The notes: generated by a model from the letters alone, not told the origin. 62,057 nucleotides of DNA from Cyanobacteria bacterium P01_A01_bin.123 (GCA_039815185.1 JBCBZT010000046.1:1-62057), one strand, 5' to 3'; shown: positions 10,385 through 21,326, counted from the first letter of the stretch. A program made the numbers and translations.

Positions 10385-10465
10385 TTACTCCGTCAGTACC
10401 TGAGCGATATCGCTTAAAATTTGACGGGCGGCTAGAATGTTGCGCCCAGCCGACCACACCGTTAA
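10385..10465 (-). pseudogene. 3' remnant of a periplasmic iron-binding protein gene
   Basis: Reads ...VWSAGRNILAARQILSDIAQVLTE*, resembling the W..G..LAA..I..D. C-terminus of the FecB-like proteins here. Confidence 0.45.
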
Positions 10466-10508
10466 ATCGTGCTCCATGCCCCCTCCTCAGTGGCAACATC
10501 AAATCCCG

Positions 10509-11597
10509 TTAATCAACGGCAAAAAATTGATATAACTGCTCTAGAATCAGCTCGGCTCCAATCGGGTTATTCAACAGGCTCCACCTGGCATAGGTTGCAA
10601 AGTAAACGCGACTTTCTTGGCTGGCTGTCAGATTCTGGGCGATCGCATTTTTCTCCCAACTGGCTTTGATAGTTTGGAGTTGATGGGTTTCCAGCAAATC
10701 ATGGATTGGCTGATCCACTGATTTATCCAAGCTTTCTGCGTTAAGCTCGCCTAAGTCTCGGTTGAATCCAAGTAGAATGATGCTGTCTGCGCCGTTTAGT
10801 TCGGGCAAAGTTTCAAGTGAAATCGGCACCCCCGGATTAGCATCTGCAGCGGGGGGGACAATGAGTTCAAACCCCACCCCTTCCAATAGTTCGCCCAGAT
10901 AGCTATTGGTATTGATAATGAAAATACCTTCTTCCAAACGGGTGGCCCCCAACACCAACAGCTTGGGATGGGCTTTGACTACATCCGCCAGATCGGCGCG
11001 GGCCTCAGCTAGCCTTGCCGACTGTTGCGCGATCACTGCCTCGGCTTTCTCCTCCTTCCTAAAAGCCTGTGCGATCGCCCGAAGATTTTTTTGCCATTGG
11101 CCTTTGACCAATGGATCACCCATCAGCAAAGTCGGTGCAATCTGAGACAGCAGATCGTAGTTCCCCTCGTTGAGCCTGTTGCCTAAAATCAGGTCAGGCG
11201 CGATCGCGGTTAATTTCTCCAGGGAAGGTTCGCTGCCGTTACCCAGGTTTCCGGGTTGGGTGGTAAGGCGATCGCCCAGGTAAGGAATCTGTCGAGCCGG
11301 ATCGTCGAAGACATCCCCACCCACCACATCTGCATCCATCGCCAGGCCAACAGGTTGCACCTCTAGAGATAGCAGCAATCCTAAGGTGTGCATGCCGAAA
11401 ACCACTGCATTTTCGGGTTGCCCACAAATTTCCGTTTCACCAAAATTATGGTTGACCCGCCGACAGTCAGCTACGGTTGCTGGGTCAGAGGAATTGTTCT
11501 GGGTCGCATCATGGCTGCCCAAACTACACCCAATGGTCAGTACAGCAGTCAACAAAAACAGACCTACCCACCCCAAAACTCGCTGCCACAATGCCAT
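10509..11597 (-). CDS. Iron-siderophore substrate-binding lipoprotein (FecB/FhuD-like)
   Basis: Lipobox LTIGC, HNFGETEICG, PSLEKL..PDLILG; paralogue of 2777..3874. Confidence 0.9.
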   Translation of the reverse strand: MALWQRVLGWVGLFLLTAVLTIGCSLGSHDATQNNSSDPATVADCRRVNHNFGETEICGQPENAVVFGMHTLGLLLSLEVQPVGLAMDADVVGGDVFDDPARQIPYLGDRLTTQPGNLGNGSEPSLEKLTAIAPDLILGNRLNEGNYDLLSQIAPTLLMGDPLVKGQWQKNLRAIAQAFRKEEKAEAVIAQQSARLAEARADLADVVKAHPKLLVLGATRLEEGIFIINTNSYLGELLEGVGFELIVPPAADANPGVPISLETLPELNGADSIILLGFNRDLGELNAESLDKSVDQPIHDLLETHQLQTIKASWEKNAIAQNLTASQESRVYFATYARWSLLNNPIGAELILEQLYQFFAVD

Positions 11598-11640
11598 GCC
11601 CTTGTCCCCAACTCAACATTACCTTGCGCTAAAACCGGCC

Positions 11641-14163
11641 CTAGAACCGGATAGAGAATGATCCCAAAAGGGTGAAACCCTCACCGGGGCGAATTTCAAA
11701 GTCTCGACTGCCCTCAGAACTGTCAATGTAGGCCACGTCAAATAGGTTGCGGGCATTCAGGGCAAATTCCCAGTTGTTTCGTCGGTAAAAGATGCCCGCA
11801 TTAGTCAGGAAGTAGCTATCCAGCACAAAACTGTTGGCGTTATCGCCAAAGCGCTCGCTCACATAGTTGAAGCCGACACCAAACCCTAACCCAGCCAAAT
11901 CGCCTTGCTGAATTTCGTAGGTGGTCCACAGGTTGGCATTGTGCTCTGGCACGCCAAACAAACGATTGCCTTGGAGTCCGCTGTTGTCTTGAGTGATATC
12001 AGCATCGGTGTAGGCGTAGTTGGCGATGATGTTCCAGCTGGGCAAAATCTCGCCTGTGATATCCAGCTCAATCCCCTGACTCCGCTGTTCGCCTGTCGCC
12101 ACCACGAAGTTTTGTCCGGGTAGGGCTGTGGGGTCTGCCGTTGCCACATTGCGTTTGGTGAGGTTAAAAAAGGCCAGGTTTGCCGACAGCCGATCGTTAA
12201 AGAAATTGGCCCGCGCCCCAATTTCAAACTGCTGGCCGCGTTCGGCATCCAAAATTTCTCCGGTGCGTGTCGTGCCGGAGTTCGGCGAGAAAGAGGTGCT
12301 GTAGCTGGTGTAAAGCGACAGATCTTCAATCGGTTGATAGACAATCCCCACCCTAGGTGAAAACGCGTCGTCACTTTGACTATCACTGGTATTTAAGGTG
12401 AAATCCTCTGAGCTTTGGCTAACGGTGTCGTAGCGGACACCAGCTAGGAAAAATAAATTATCGGCCAGGGTAACTTGGTCTTGAACATAAATGCCTAGGT
12501 TGTCTGTGCGTGCAGTGTTTGTTACGGGCAAAGGGTCACTAAAGCTAGCAGGGCGCGGTACCCCATACACGGGGTTAAAAATATTGAAGAATGGTAGTTG
12601 CGGCGTGAGGTCAGCTCTCCCTGAGGCAGTAAAGTCTCGGCGAAACAGATCTACCCCCATCAGCAAGGTGTGCGCAATAGAGCCCGTAGAGAACTCCCCC
12701 ACCACGTTAGTTTGCAGTTCATAGCTGTTGATCAGCTGGTTATTTTGAACCCAGCCACGAAACAAATCCCCTGTGGTGGGGTTAATCACCTGAAACGCTG
12801 CGTTGGCAATGAACTCTGGATCAAAGCGCAAATATCGAAAGCTATTGCGAACTTTCCAACTGTCGCTGAAGCGGTGTTCAAACCGATACCCGACATTAAA
12901 CCGTTCATTGCGGGCCTCGTCATCGGGTTCTCCGGTAATTCGGTTAAACGGAACTTCGGCAACGCGATCGCCAAAGGCAGGCAACCCGCCAAAATCTGCT
13001 GGGCGGGTTTCGGTGCTGTACTCCAGCTCCACAACCCAGTCAGTGCGATCGTCGATGGCCCAGCTCACCACGGGTGCAATGAAGAACCGTTCAATCGGCA
13101 CATCAAAATCACGATAAAAGTCCTCACGCCGATACAGTGCATTCAACCGATACAGCAGCGCCCCATCTGCCGTTAGCGGCCCCGTAATATCAATGCTGGG
13201 TTCAACCAAGCCCCGGTTGCCCACCCGTACACCAATTTCATAGGCCGGTTCTGGCAGCGGTTGCTCGGTCACCAAGTTGATCACGCCGCCCGGCTGCACG
13301 GCCCCTGTAATCACTGATGCTGGCCCCCGCAGCACTTCAATCTGTTCAATATTCGACAATTCTTGATAACCCACGTTGCCGCTGCCTGCGTCCAGCAGTC
13401 TAAACCCGTCTCGCACAATTTCAGCACCGTCGAAACCCCGGACAATGAAGCGCGGCCCGCGCTGATCGAGAGAGCTAGACACCACACCACTGGCGTTCCG
13501 CAAGGCATCGTTCAATCGAAATACCTGTTGATCTTCCAGCACCGCCTGGGGAATCACCTGGATGGACTGGGGAATTTGATCTAACGGCGTATCGGTGCGG
13601 GTGGCGGTAGAGGCGCTGGGTGCCAGATAGCGACTGCCCTCCTCGCCCGTTACCACAATCTGGAGCGCATCATCTGCTTCCCCCGCTTGGGCAATGCCGG
13701 GGGTAATGGCCAGGGTTAGCCCTGTGGCTACGGTGTTCACCGCTGCGGTTGGGGGCGCACTGGTGCCGGTAATGGCAATCTGGACGCGGTTGCCCGGTAA
13801 CCCTGTCACTTGCACAAAGGCAATGCCTTCAGCGGGTTCAAACTGCTGAAACTCATTGCCGTCCGGTAGCGTCAGCACCGCATTGGGAATCTCCACAACC
13901 AAGGCATTACCCGAAACGGTTGTCGTTGGCGTGGCTAAGTCACCATTGACGGTTTCCAACACTAACTGTAGGCCCATCTCAGTGGGATCTAACCGTATCC
14001 CAGTAATTTGTACCCGTGAGGCTTCTGGACTTTCATCTATCAGCTCTGCGACTGTGTCTGCTTTTGACTGCTGTTGCGCCAATGCAACTTTTGCAACGAG
14101 TAGCTGTCCGCTGGTTACAGTCAATAGGGCCAGCAGCTTCAAACCGAGTAACGACTGTTTCAT
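11641..14163 (-). CDS. TonB-dependent siderophore receptor with AMIN domain
   Basis: Plug motifs and terminal F. Start taken as ATG 14163 because the TTG at 14259 lies inside the Fur box. Confidence 0.95.
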   Translation of the reverse strand: MKQSLLGLKLLALLTVTSGQLLVAKVALAQQQSKADTVAELIDESPEASRVQITGIRLDPTEMGLQLVLETVNGDLATPTTTVSGNALVVEIPNAVLTLPDGNEFQQFEPAEGIAFVQVTGLPGNRVQIAITGTSAPPTAAVNTVATGLTLAITPGIAQAGEADDALQIVVTGEEGSRYLAPSASTATRTDTPLDQIPQSIQVIPQAVLEDQQVFRLNDALRNASGVVSSSLDQRGPRFIVRGFDGAEIVRDGFRLLDAGSGNVGYQELSNIEQIEVLRGPASVITGAVQPGGVINLVTEQPLPEPAYEIGVRVGNRGLVEPSIDITGPLTADGALLYRLNALYRREDFYRDFDVPIERFFIAPVVSWAIDDRTDWVVELEYSTETRPADFGGLPAFGDRVAEVPFNRITGEPDDEARNERFNVGYRFEHRFSDSWKVRNSFRYLRFDPEFIANAAFQVINPTTGDLFRGWVQNNQLINSYELQTNVVGEFSTGSIAHTLLMGVDLFRRDFTASGRADLTPQLPFFNIFNPVYGVPRPASFSDPLPVTNTARTDNLGIYVQDQVTLADNLFFLAGVRYDTVSQSSEDFTLNTSDSQSDDAFSPRVGIVYQPIEDLSLYTSYSTSFSPNSGTTRTGEILDAERGQQFEIGARANFFNDRLSANLAFFNLTKRNVATADPTALPGQNFVVATGEQRSQGIELDITGEILPSWNIIANYAYTDADITQDNSGLQGNRLFGVPEHNANLWTTYEIQQGDLAGLGFGVGFNYVSERFGDNANSFVLDSYFLTNAGIFYRRNNWEFALNARNLFDVAYIDSSEGSRDFEIRPGEGFTLLGSFSIRF

Positions 14164-14241
14164 CCTCTTCCTCACACGCCATTTCCAAGCCCAATGGCAG
14201 ATCCAGCAGTGGTAGCACCCCCGCAGTTGCTCGTTAGGCTT

Positions 14242-14320
14242 AAAGAAAATAAGTTGCAATTAGCCTAGGCGTAAGGCCCTGTGGCTTGCTAGGGATTTTG
14301 CGCCCCAAATGCACTTTTTA
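14242..14320 (-). promoter_or_regulatory. TBDT promoter: putative AraC site, -10 TAGGCT, Fur box (14242-14260)
   Basis: Fur-like AAAGAAAATAAGTTGCAAT; upstream minus-strand AAAAAGTGCATTT...CAAAATCCCTAGCAAG is conserved with the first module. Confidence 0.55.
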
Positions 14321-14375
14321 GGGACGTTTCCCCGACGAATGTGAACCCTTGGCGGGTTTGATTGAGAACACCGAA

Positions 14376-15467
14376 TTAGCTAGCGCACTGCCAAGCCTGG
14401 ATCTGAAATGCCTTAGGGTTGATTCCCAACTGCTGACGAAAAGCGGTGGCAAAGCGGCTGCGACTGGTATAACCGACAACGCTAGCAATCTCTTCAATGG
14501 GGCATTCTGAGGTCATCAACAGCCACTTGGCCTGGTTTAAGCGGCAATTTCGTAAGTACCCAAAAGGCGTGGTGCCATATACCTGATGAAACCCCTCATT
14601 TAACTTGCGTCGATTAGTGCCCACCTGTCGAGCTAGCACATCTAAGGTAGGTGGATTAGCAATGTTTGCTCTTAAAATCGCCTCTGCCTGATAAACACAG
14701 TTAAAGTCAGGGTTGTTTAGAGGTAACTGCTTGAAAGCTTCTAGATAAAGCGAAACCAATGTCAGCGCTTTTCGCCTCAAGTAGGCGCGGCGGGTAGCAC
14801 CAGAGTAGGGGCAGTTGAGAATCTGCCCGATCACGCTCATCATGGCCGGAGTGATGGGGCAAGGCATTTCCTGAGCCAACGCCATGATGTCAGAGTAAAG
14901 GGTATCGGACAAAATTTGCTCAAAAGGTAGGTAAACGTAGGGATTAGCAGCAGGATCAAAAAGCCGATTAGTAATGCTGGCTGTATTCAGGTCTACTCCG
15001 CCACTGTAGTAACGATATATGGCCCGTAGGAACCGTTCAGCAAGGATTTTTCTTTGGGGTGGCAAGCTATCTAGAAAGGCTTGGAAGTAGGTTGTCAGCA
15101 CTGGCAGATCAAAGAAAACCTCAACCTTAAACGTTCGACTTGAGGGTTGCATGAGCTGCAAATCTCTAACGCGCAAGTGAGGATAGAGAAAGCTATACCC
15201 TGCCTGAGGACCTGCCAACTGAAACTCAAACTCGATGGAGTGACCGTAGCGTGGGGCATCCACCATCACAGCCTGAGTCAGCGTTCGGTCAATAATACCC
15301 AGGGTAATATCATCTTGTAGCCGAATTTCCTGGCTATACCCCTGACATAGGTGATCTGGGTAAATAAAAACAGCGTCTGATGGGTCTGAATGCAGTAACC
15401 GAGGATCATCGGGGCTGCCGGATAAATTCCAATGGCGGATGTGATTTATCTTTGCGGGTACAGGCAT
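14376..15467 (-). CDS. AraC-family regulator (paralogue of 6754..7845)
   Basis: ILNCPYSG, VGYTSRSRFATAFRQQLGINPK. Confidence 0.93.
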   Translation of the reverse strand: MPVPAKINHIRHWNLSGSPDDPRLLHSDPSDAVFIYPDHLCQGYSQEIRLQDDITLGIIDRTLTQAVMVDAPRYGHSIEFEFQLAGPQAGYSFLYPHLRVRDLQLMQPSSRTFKVEVFFDLPVLTTYFQAFLDSLPPQRKILAERFLRAIYRYYSGGVDLNTASITNRLFDPAANPYVYLPFEQILSDTLYSDIMALAQEMPCPITPAMMSVIGQILNCPYSGATRRAYLRRKALTLVSLYLEAFKQLPLNNPDFNCVYQAEAILRANIANPPTLDVLARQVGTNRRKLNEGFHQVYGTTPFGYLRNCRLNQAKWLLMTSECPIEEIASVVGYTSRSRFATAFRQQLGINPKAFQIQAWQCAS

Positions 15468-15493
15468 GGAGAAGTTAAGTCTGGAGGCTTCTT

Positions 15494-15512
15494 AATAAGA
15501 ATCAATCGCATT
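15494..15512. promoter_or_regulatory. Fur box
   Basis: AATAAGAATCAATCGCATT upstream of the AraC gene. Confidence 0.55.
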
Positions 15513-15659
15513 ATTTTTGCATAGACAGTCCATCTATGCTGTGTTCCTCGACGACTCAGTCAAGTATTGGGAAGCATCCTATTAACGACATCCAGACAAA
15601 TCTGATGTCTAACCCTTATGCTATGGTCGGAATAGCTCTCATTAAACCGGGGCAGTCTT

Positions 15660-16253
15660 ATGGTCAGGTCAATAATCGTTAACTTGAGCATCTTAAGTGT
15701 TTTGGCAAGCAGTGTGATGCCAGTTAATGCTTCAACTGATCTTGCTGTGGTTGACTCAGCAGCATTAGGCACTAACCGCAACCTCCCCTGGTCAGAACCT
15801 GTGCAAATTGACGATCCGTTTGAAGGGCGCTTTGTTGGCGTATTTGATCGACATTCTTTTTATGGGCGATTTCTCAACACTTACGCTCGTATTGAAGTGC
15901 AAAGTCTTTGGAGTCAAGAGTTTATTCGGGTTTTGTCAGTGATTCGCGATCGCGACTGTTTGAGCCAATCTATTGCTGTACCCGATCACATCTGTTCAGA
16001 GTTTAGTAACGCCCGGAACATCACCGAACTCTTCATCAAAATTGATGATGACGTGTTTCAAATTTCAGGCCAAGGCAGCACGTTCCCGGTTAGCCATGAG
16101 TTAGCTGAGGCACTCCAAAACGCACCAGAAACGAACATCAGTATCCGACTGGTGACAGAAAGTGGAGAAACGATTGACAGTGAAATCGGACAGGGCACTG
16201 TCGATGCCTGGAGAATGGTGTATACGTCTGAAAACAGTTCGGGGCTCGAATGA
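15660..16253 (+). CDS. Hypothetical secreted protein
   Basis: 197-aa ORF with a signal-peptide-like N-terminus filling the gap between genes. Confidence 0.7.
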   Translation: MVRSIIVNLSILSVLASSVMPVNASTDLAVVDSAALGTNRNLPWSEPVQIDDPFEGRFVGVFDRHSFYGRFLNTYARIEVQSLWSQEFIRVLSVIRDRDCLSQSIAVPDHICSEFSNARNITELFIKIDDDVFQISGQGSTFPVSHELAEALQNAPETNISIRLVTESGETIDSEIGQGTVDAWRMVYTSENSSGLE

Positions 16254-16337
16254 AAGCAAGCGTTTTCGTCGGATTAAGAGCATCCGCGATTAGCAGTATC
16301 TACCCATTGATCGAGGTTGCTGGTTTGATTCACTAGG

Positions 16338-17606
16338 TTAGTCTTGCAGATCTAGTGCTTTGAGTTGTGAAATCAAGCACCCGCTGATGCCAACAAACGT
16401 CATTGACAATGCACAAAGGACGTAAAGCAGGGCCATCCCGATCCCAGGCCCGGTGCCAAAAGCTGGGCCAAATAGTTTGGACAAGCTACTGCCGGGCGAC
16501 ATCGTGGGTTCAAACCATCGATCGGCTAACGGCCCGGCCAATAGGGCTGCGATCGCGCTGACGCTCTGTACCACAAGCGCATTGGCGGCAAACACGCGGC
16601 CCTGAATTTCTGGGGCAATGTGATTCATCCAAAGTGCGGTTTCAGAACTGCCTAGCAGCGGAAAGTTGAGGGATGAGCAAAGCTGTGCTGGAATCCACAC
16701 CTGGGGCGATCGCCCCAAACCAAACACGGTTTTGCTTACCCCCGCACCGATAAAGCCTGCCAACATGCCAACGACTCGTCGCTTTGGCCCACCCCAAGCG
16801 CTCAAAGCAATGGCCCCGGTAATCCCACCAATGCCAGCTGCTGCCCCGGCACTGGCCAGAACCCTAGCACTGCCGTTGGTGCGCGCCAAAATCATCGGAT
16901 CATAAACAGCGCCACCCAGGTCGTGGAAAAACCAAAATGCAGCCGTCACCATTAATAAGACTTGCAAGTTGGGCTGTTGCCAAACGTAGCGGAAACCAAA
17001 GGTAAGTTGGGCAAATAATGTTTCCAGTTTGGTTTCGGGTTGAGCTTGGGGTTGGGGAATCGAGAGATTGATCAGCAGTGCGATCGCGATGCCAAATGTT
17101 GCCAGGTCAATCAGTAAAATGCCCAGCAGCCCAATTATTGCGTAGAGCGTCCCCGCTAGAGCTGGCCCTAAAATCACAGCGCTATAGTGCACTGCCGAAT
17201 TCATGCTGTTGGCTCTGGTGAGCTGGTGCGGTGGCACCAGTAGAGAAATGGAGGTTTGGTAAGCCAAACTTTGAATTTGCCCAAAGCTACCCATTAAGCC
17301 CGCTGCCAGATAAAGATGCCAAATTTTCAGCGCGCCGCTGAGGTACAAAACGCCAATGCCGACGGTAGAGAGAGCGGCAATGCTATCGCCCAGCATCATT
17401 AACCGCTTGCGGTTAAAGCGATCCACAATTATCCCCGCAATCAGGGTAATGGGAATGCGGGGTAGCTGAGAGAAAAAGCCGACTAGCGCGATCGCCGTAG
17501 CTGAACCAGTCAGTTCCCAAGCCCATAGAATCAGGGCAAACTCACTCATGTAGCTGCCGATGGTCGAGACGAGCTGACCGAACCAGATTAGGGTAAAGGT
17601 GCGCAT
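16338..17606 (-). CDS. MFS transporter (DHA3/EntS-like), close paralogue of 9012..10286
   Basis: Same motifs and strong similarity throughout. Confidence 0.9.
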   Translation of the reverse strand: MRTFTLIWFGQLVSTIGSYMSEFALILWAWELTGSATAIALVGFFSQLPRIPITLIAGIIVDRFNRKRLMMLGDSIAALSTVGIGVLYLSGALKIWHLYLAAGLMGSFGQIQSLAYQTSISLLVPPHQLTRANSMNSAVHYSAVILGPALAGTLYAIIGLLGILLIDLATFGIAIALLINLSIPQPQAQPETKLETLFAQLTFGFRYVWQQPNLQVLLMVTAAFWFFHDLGGAVYDPMILARTNGSARVLASAGAAAGIGGITGAIALSAWGGPKRRVVGMLAGFIGAGVSKTVFGLGRSPQVWIPAQLCSSLNFPLLGSSETALWMNHIAPEIQGRVFAANALVVQSVSAIAALLAGPLADRWFEPTMSPGSSLSKLFGPAFGTGPGIGMALLYVLCALSMTFVGISGCLISQLKALDLQD

Positions 17607-17679
17607 AAAACTCGCAACCGGGTCAAGCGTAATAGAAGGGGGCTGTATGTAGACTAAAAATCTCGATGAGAAGCAATTT

Positions 17680-18630
17680 TTATGGCGCTCGGTCGTCTAC
17701 CAAATGTCTAAATAAATCATCAATGACAGCATTAGCAGCCAATGGATTTCCCCCCCGCCAAGTTGCTAGATTTACGGGATATACTTTTTCTTGCTGAACG
17801 GCTTTAAGCTGGTGCCACAAAGGACTATTTTGGAGCTGTTCAAAGACCACTCTAGAATCCTTGTCTTCATCGACAATGGCAAAAAGGATGTCTCCGTCCA
17901 TGTCTATTAAAGACTCTTCACTAAAAAAAACTAAGCCATTCTCTTCCTTACCTTGACTCATAGGACGATTAAGTCCTACATCGTCTAAGATAATGCCACT
18001 AAACGAATTTTTGACATCACTCGCCAGTCTATTACAGCAAATTCTCAAAACTGAGATTTCAATATCTTGATAGCGATCGTCCAAAGCTTCTCTGAGTTCT
18101 TCAATTCGCTGTTCGTATTGAAGCCAAACTTGCTCTGATTCGGCTGTCCTACCCAAGACTTTAGCTACGAAATCGAAATGGTCTTTCCAAGAGGGGTAAC
18201 CTTTCCAATTGTCGACAACTGTTGGTGCGATTTGGGATATTTTCTCATAAGCTAATCCCCAATCATTCATAGCAATGATGAGATCAGGCTTTAGAGTTAA
18301 AATTTTTTCTAAATTAGGCTGATCATCAGTTCCAACAAGTTCAATTCCATCTAGTTTCCCTTCCAAATAGGGTGGTGTTTGCTCAAAATAAAGAATTGTT
18401 CCAACAGGTTTGATACCTAAGGTAATGGCATCCACCATCGTAGGAGAACCCAAGACAACCAGACGTTCGGGACTATGGGGCACACAGGTTTCTCCTAGGG
18501 TGTGTTGTACAAGTCGGCAGTCTGTTGTTATCTCGCTATTAGATAGATCCCGCTGACAAGCTCCTAGAATAATGCTCAGCATTAATCCCAGACAAATTTT
18601 CAAAATCTGTCGGCGCTGTAAAGATGACAT
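17680..18630 (-). CDS. Iron-siderophore substrate-binding lipoprotein
   Basis: LGAC lipobox, HTLGETCVP, QPNLEKILTLKPDLI; TAATG stop/start overlap with the TBDT. Confidence 0.9.
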   Translation of the reverse strand: MSSLQRRQILKICLGLMLSIILGACQRDLSNSEITTDCRLVQHTLGETCVPHSPERLVVLGSPTMVDAITLGIKPVGTILYFEQTPPYLEGKLDGIELVGTDDQPNLEKILTLKPDLIIAMNDWGLAYEKISQIAPTVVDNWKGYPSWKDHFDFVAKVLGRTAESEQVWLQYEQRIEELREALDDRYQDIEISVLRICCNRLASDVKNSFSGIILDDVGLNRPMSQGKEENGLVFFSEESLIDMDGDILFAIVDEDKDSRVVFEQLQNSPLWHQLKAVQQEKVYPVNLATWRGGNPLAANAVIDDLFRHLVDDRAP

Positions 18631-21212
18631 TAAAACTCCCATCCTAAAGTTGCTGACATTTCAAACGGCGCACCTGGAAAGATACGGTTACGACCATTGG
18701 CCGACTCAAAATAGTAGGTGTTGAATAGATTCTTGAAATTCAACTGAGCCTGGAAATTTTCCCGCCGATAGTATATGGCAGCATCAGTCCGCAGGTAATC
18801 GGGCAGGGTAAAGGTATTATCTAAATCTCCTGGTCTACTCCCGACATAATAAAGTCCTAAACCAAATCCTAGTCCCGATAAATCGCCTTCTTGAATGGTA
18901 TAAGTTGTCCATAGATTGATGGCATGATTGGGGACATTGGCTAAATTATTACCTACTGGGAAATCGTTGTCTTGGGTGATACGAGCATCGGTGTAAGCAT
19001 AGCCGGCAATCACGTTCCATCCGAGTAAAATCTCTCCAACTACATTTAGTTCAACCCCTTGGCTAAACTGCTCCCCAGTCTGAATTGAAAAGTTTGTGTT
19101 CCGTGGATCGCTGGTAAGGACGTTGGAAAGTGTCAAATGGTATAGGGCTAGCGTCGTAGAAAGTCTATTATCCAACCAGTCGGCCTTGATCCCGATTTCA
19201 TACTGAGTACCGCGTGAAGGTTGAAACAGCGTTCCTTCTAGACTGCGTCCGGTTACCTGTTCAAACGACTGGCTAAAACTGCCATAGAGCGCAACGTTTT
19301 CGGCAGGCTTGTAAACTAAACCCACTCTAGGGCTAAAAGCGGTATCGCTCTGGCTACTACCCGTGTTGCTTAGAAAGTCAAGGCTGGCTTGGTTTACGTA
19401 ATCAAATCGACCACCCAACAGGACAATAAACTGCTCAGAGAAGTTGATCTGATCTTGTAGATAAACCCCTACGCTAGTCGCGGTATCACGCGACGGATCA
19501 AATACATCAGTAATTGGCCCAAGCGGCTGGTTGTATACCGGATTAAAAATATCGATAGATCCAATTTCTCGCTGTAGATAGAATGGACTCAGGCCAACTT
19601 CGTGGGAGAAGTCTGCTCCAATTGTGAGTTCATGATCTGCCCCAAATGCTTCAAAATTGCCGATAGCTGCGAGGGTTGTTTCGTAGTTATTCTGTGCAAA
19701 GCTGTAGCCTGCTTCACTACTGGTAATAAATGCCCGCCGAGGCTGGGTACGAAGATCTGCTTGTAGAGGGCTGGGACCAACGGAATCTTGATAGTCTTCT
19801 TCCCAGGAGAAGCGAAAGGTATTGCGTAAACGCCAGTTTTCGTTAAAGCGGTGCTCTAGGTCATATCCCACTCGTAAGGTCATGCGATCATTGCGATCAA
19901 AGCTAGGTTCTCCTAGATAGCGGTTGCGGGGCAACTCACCATTGGGGTTAGGCAAAATAGTGCCTTCAATTGGCAACCCTCGTTCGTTGGGGTATTGGGC
20001 ATCTAGGTACTCAGCTTCAAAGGTAATGTCGGTGCTGTCGCTGATGTTCCAGGTAATGACTGGGGCGATGAGATAGCGGTCGATGTCAATTTCGTCTACA
20101 AAGGTATCGGAACCAAAGATGGCAGCATTGAATCGATAGCTGACTGAACCGTCTTCTGTCAATGGTCCAGATAGATCGACTGCGCCTTGGTAGGTATTAA
20201 AGCTGCCATAGGTCACCTCCACATCATAGAAGGGGAATGGCAGGGGCCTTTTGGTCACAATATTAATGGCTCCTCCAGGAGCAATCTGACCAAAAAGGAC
20301 TGAGGCTGGCCCCCGTAGCACTTCAATACGCTCTACATTGGTCAGATCAAGTCCAGTTCTGCCCGCATCGTTATCAGGGACACCGTTGCGCAGGAAAGTG
20401 TTACCTGTATCAAATCCGCGAATTGTAAAGCCGGAAAAGAGATCCCTGGGTGATGTATTGGTGACGATGCCAGGCGTGTTGCGCAGCACATCCAGTAAGT
20501 CAAAGGCTCGCTGATCTTCAATTACTGCCTCAGGGATAACTTGAATAGAGGCGGGAATGTCAATCAACGGAGTATCGTTGCGTGTTCCCACAGATGTGCT
20601 TGAAGGGTTATAGCCTTCGTCTTGCTCTCCCGTCACCACGATTTGAATTGACTCATCTGCCTCACCCAACTGAGCAAAGCCTGGCACAATGCTCAGGGTC
20701 AATCCTGTCGCAGTAGCGCTCACCTCTGCCATCGGGGCGGCATCCACCCCAGTCACCGCAACCTGTACCCGATCCCCTGGTACCTCCGTTACCTGTAACA
20801 AAGCAATTCCCTCAGCGGGTTCAAACTGCTGAAACTCATCTCCCGCAGGCAGCGCCAACACCGCATTAGGAATCTCGGCAATCAGCGCATTGCCGGACAC
20901 CGTCGTTGTAGGAACAGCCAACTCCCGGTCGTCAGCAGTTTCTAACACCACCTGTAAGCCCGCTTCTGTAGCTGCCAAACGAACCCCAGTAATCTGCACC
21001 AATGCAGCTTCAATTTGCGCCATCCACTCATCAACGGTTGTGGCACTTTGCCCTTGCTGATCAACACTTCTGGCTTCCAAGACCGCGACGTCCTGCCCCT
21101 CAGCAGCTAACGCTAAGACACCCAACCACACCCCTGCCAAAGCCAACCCATAACCAAACTGAACAGGGCTGGCAAGCAGCCCCTGTCTCCCCACACCTCG
21201 AATGCTGATCAT
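18630..21212 (-). CDS. TonB-dependent siderophore receptor with AMIN domain
   Basis: ERIEVLRGPASVLFG, AMIN region, terminal WEF. Confidence 0.95.
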   Translation of the reverse strand: MISIRGVGRQGLLASPVQFGYGLALAGVWLGVLALAAEGQDVAVLEARSVDQQGQSATTVDEWMAQIEAALVQITGVRLAATEAGLQVVLETADDRELAVPTTTVSGNALIAEIPNAVLALPAGDEFQQFEPAEGIALLQVTEVPGDRVQVAVTGVDAAPMAEVSATATGLTLSIVPGFAQLGEADESIQIVVTGEQDEGYNPSSTSVGTRNDTPLIDIPASIQVIPEAVIEDQRAFDLLDVLRNTPGIVTNTSPRDLFSGFTIRGFDTGNTFLRNGVPDNDAGRTGLDLTNVERIEVLRGPASVLFGQIAPGGAINIVTKRPLPFPFYDVEVTYGSFNTYQGAVDLSGPLTEDGSVSYRFNAAIFGSDTFVDEIDIDRYLIAPVITWNISDSTDITFEAEYLDAQYPNERGLPIEGTILPNPNGELPRNRYLGEPSFDRNDRMTLRVGYDLEHRFNENWRLRNTFRFSWEEDYQDSVGPSPLQADLRTQPRRAFITSSEAGYSFAQNNYETTLAAIGNFEAFGADHELTIGADFSHEVGLSPFYLQREIGSIDIFNPVYNQPLGPITDVFDPSRDTATSVGVYLQDQINFSEQFIVLLGGRFDYVNQASLDFLSNTGSSQSDTAFSPRVGLVYKPAENVALYGSFSQSFEQVTGRSLEGTLFQPSRGTQYEIGIKADWLDNRLSTTLALYHLTLSNVLTSDPRNTNFSIQTGEQFSQGVELNVVGEILLGWNVIAGYAYTDARITQDNDFPVGNNLANVPNHAINLWTTYTIQEGDLSGLGFGLGLYYVGSRPGDLDNTFTLPDYLRTDAAIYYRRENFQAQLNFKNLFNTYYFESANGRNRIFPGAPFEMSATLGWEF

Positions 21213-21230
21213 GCCTCATACCACAAAATA

Positions 21231-21326
21231 ATTGCTAATCATTCTCAAGTGCAAGCATTGTATGGAGACAAACTATCGGCGTCAGTTCCGGGCGGGATCT
21301 TTTTCGTTCCCAGCGGGATCTTTTGG
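21231..21326 (-). promoter_or_regulatory. TBDT promoter: 21-bp tandem AraC repeats (21285-21326), -10 TACAAT, Fur box (21231-21249)
   Basis: GTTCCGGGCGGGATCTTTTTC / GTTCCCAGCGGGATCTTTTGG; ATTGCTAATCATTCTCAAG. Confidence 0.7.
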
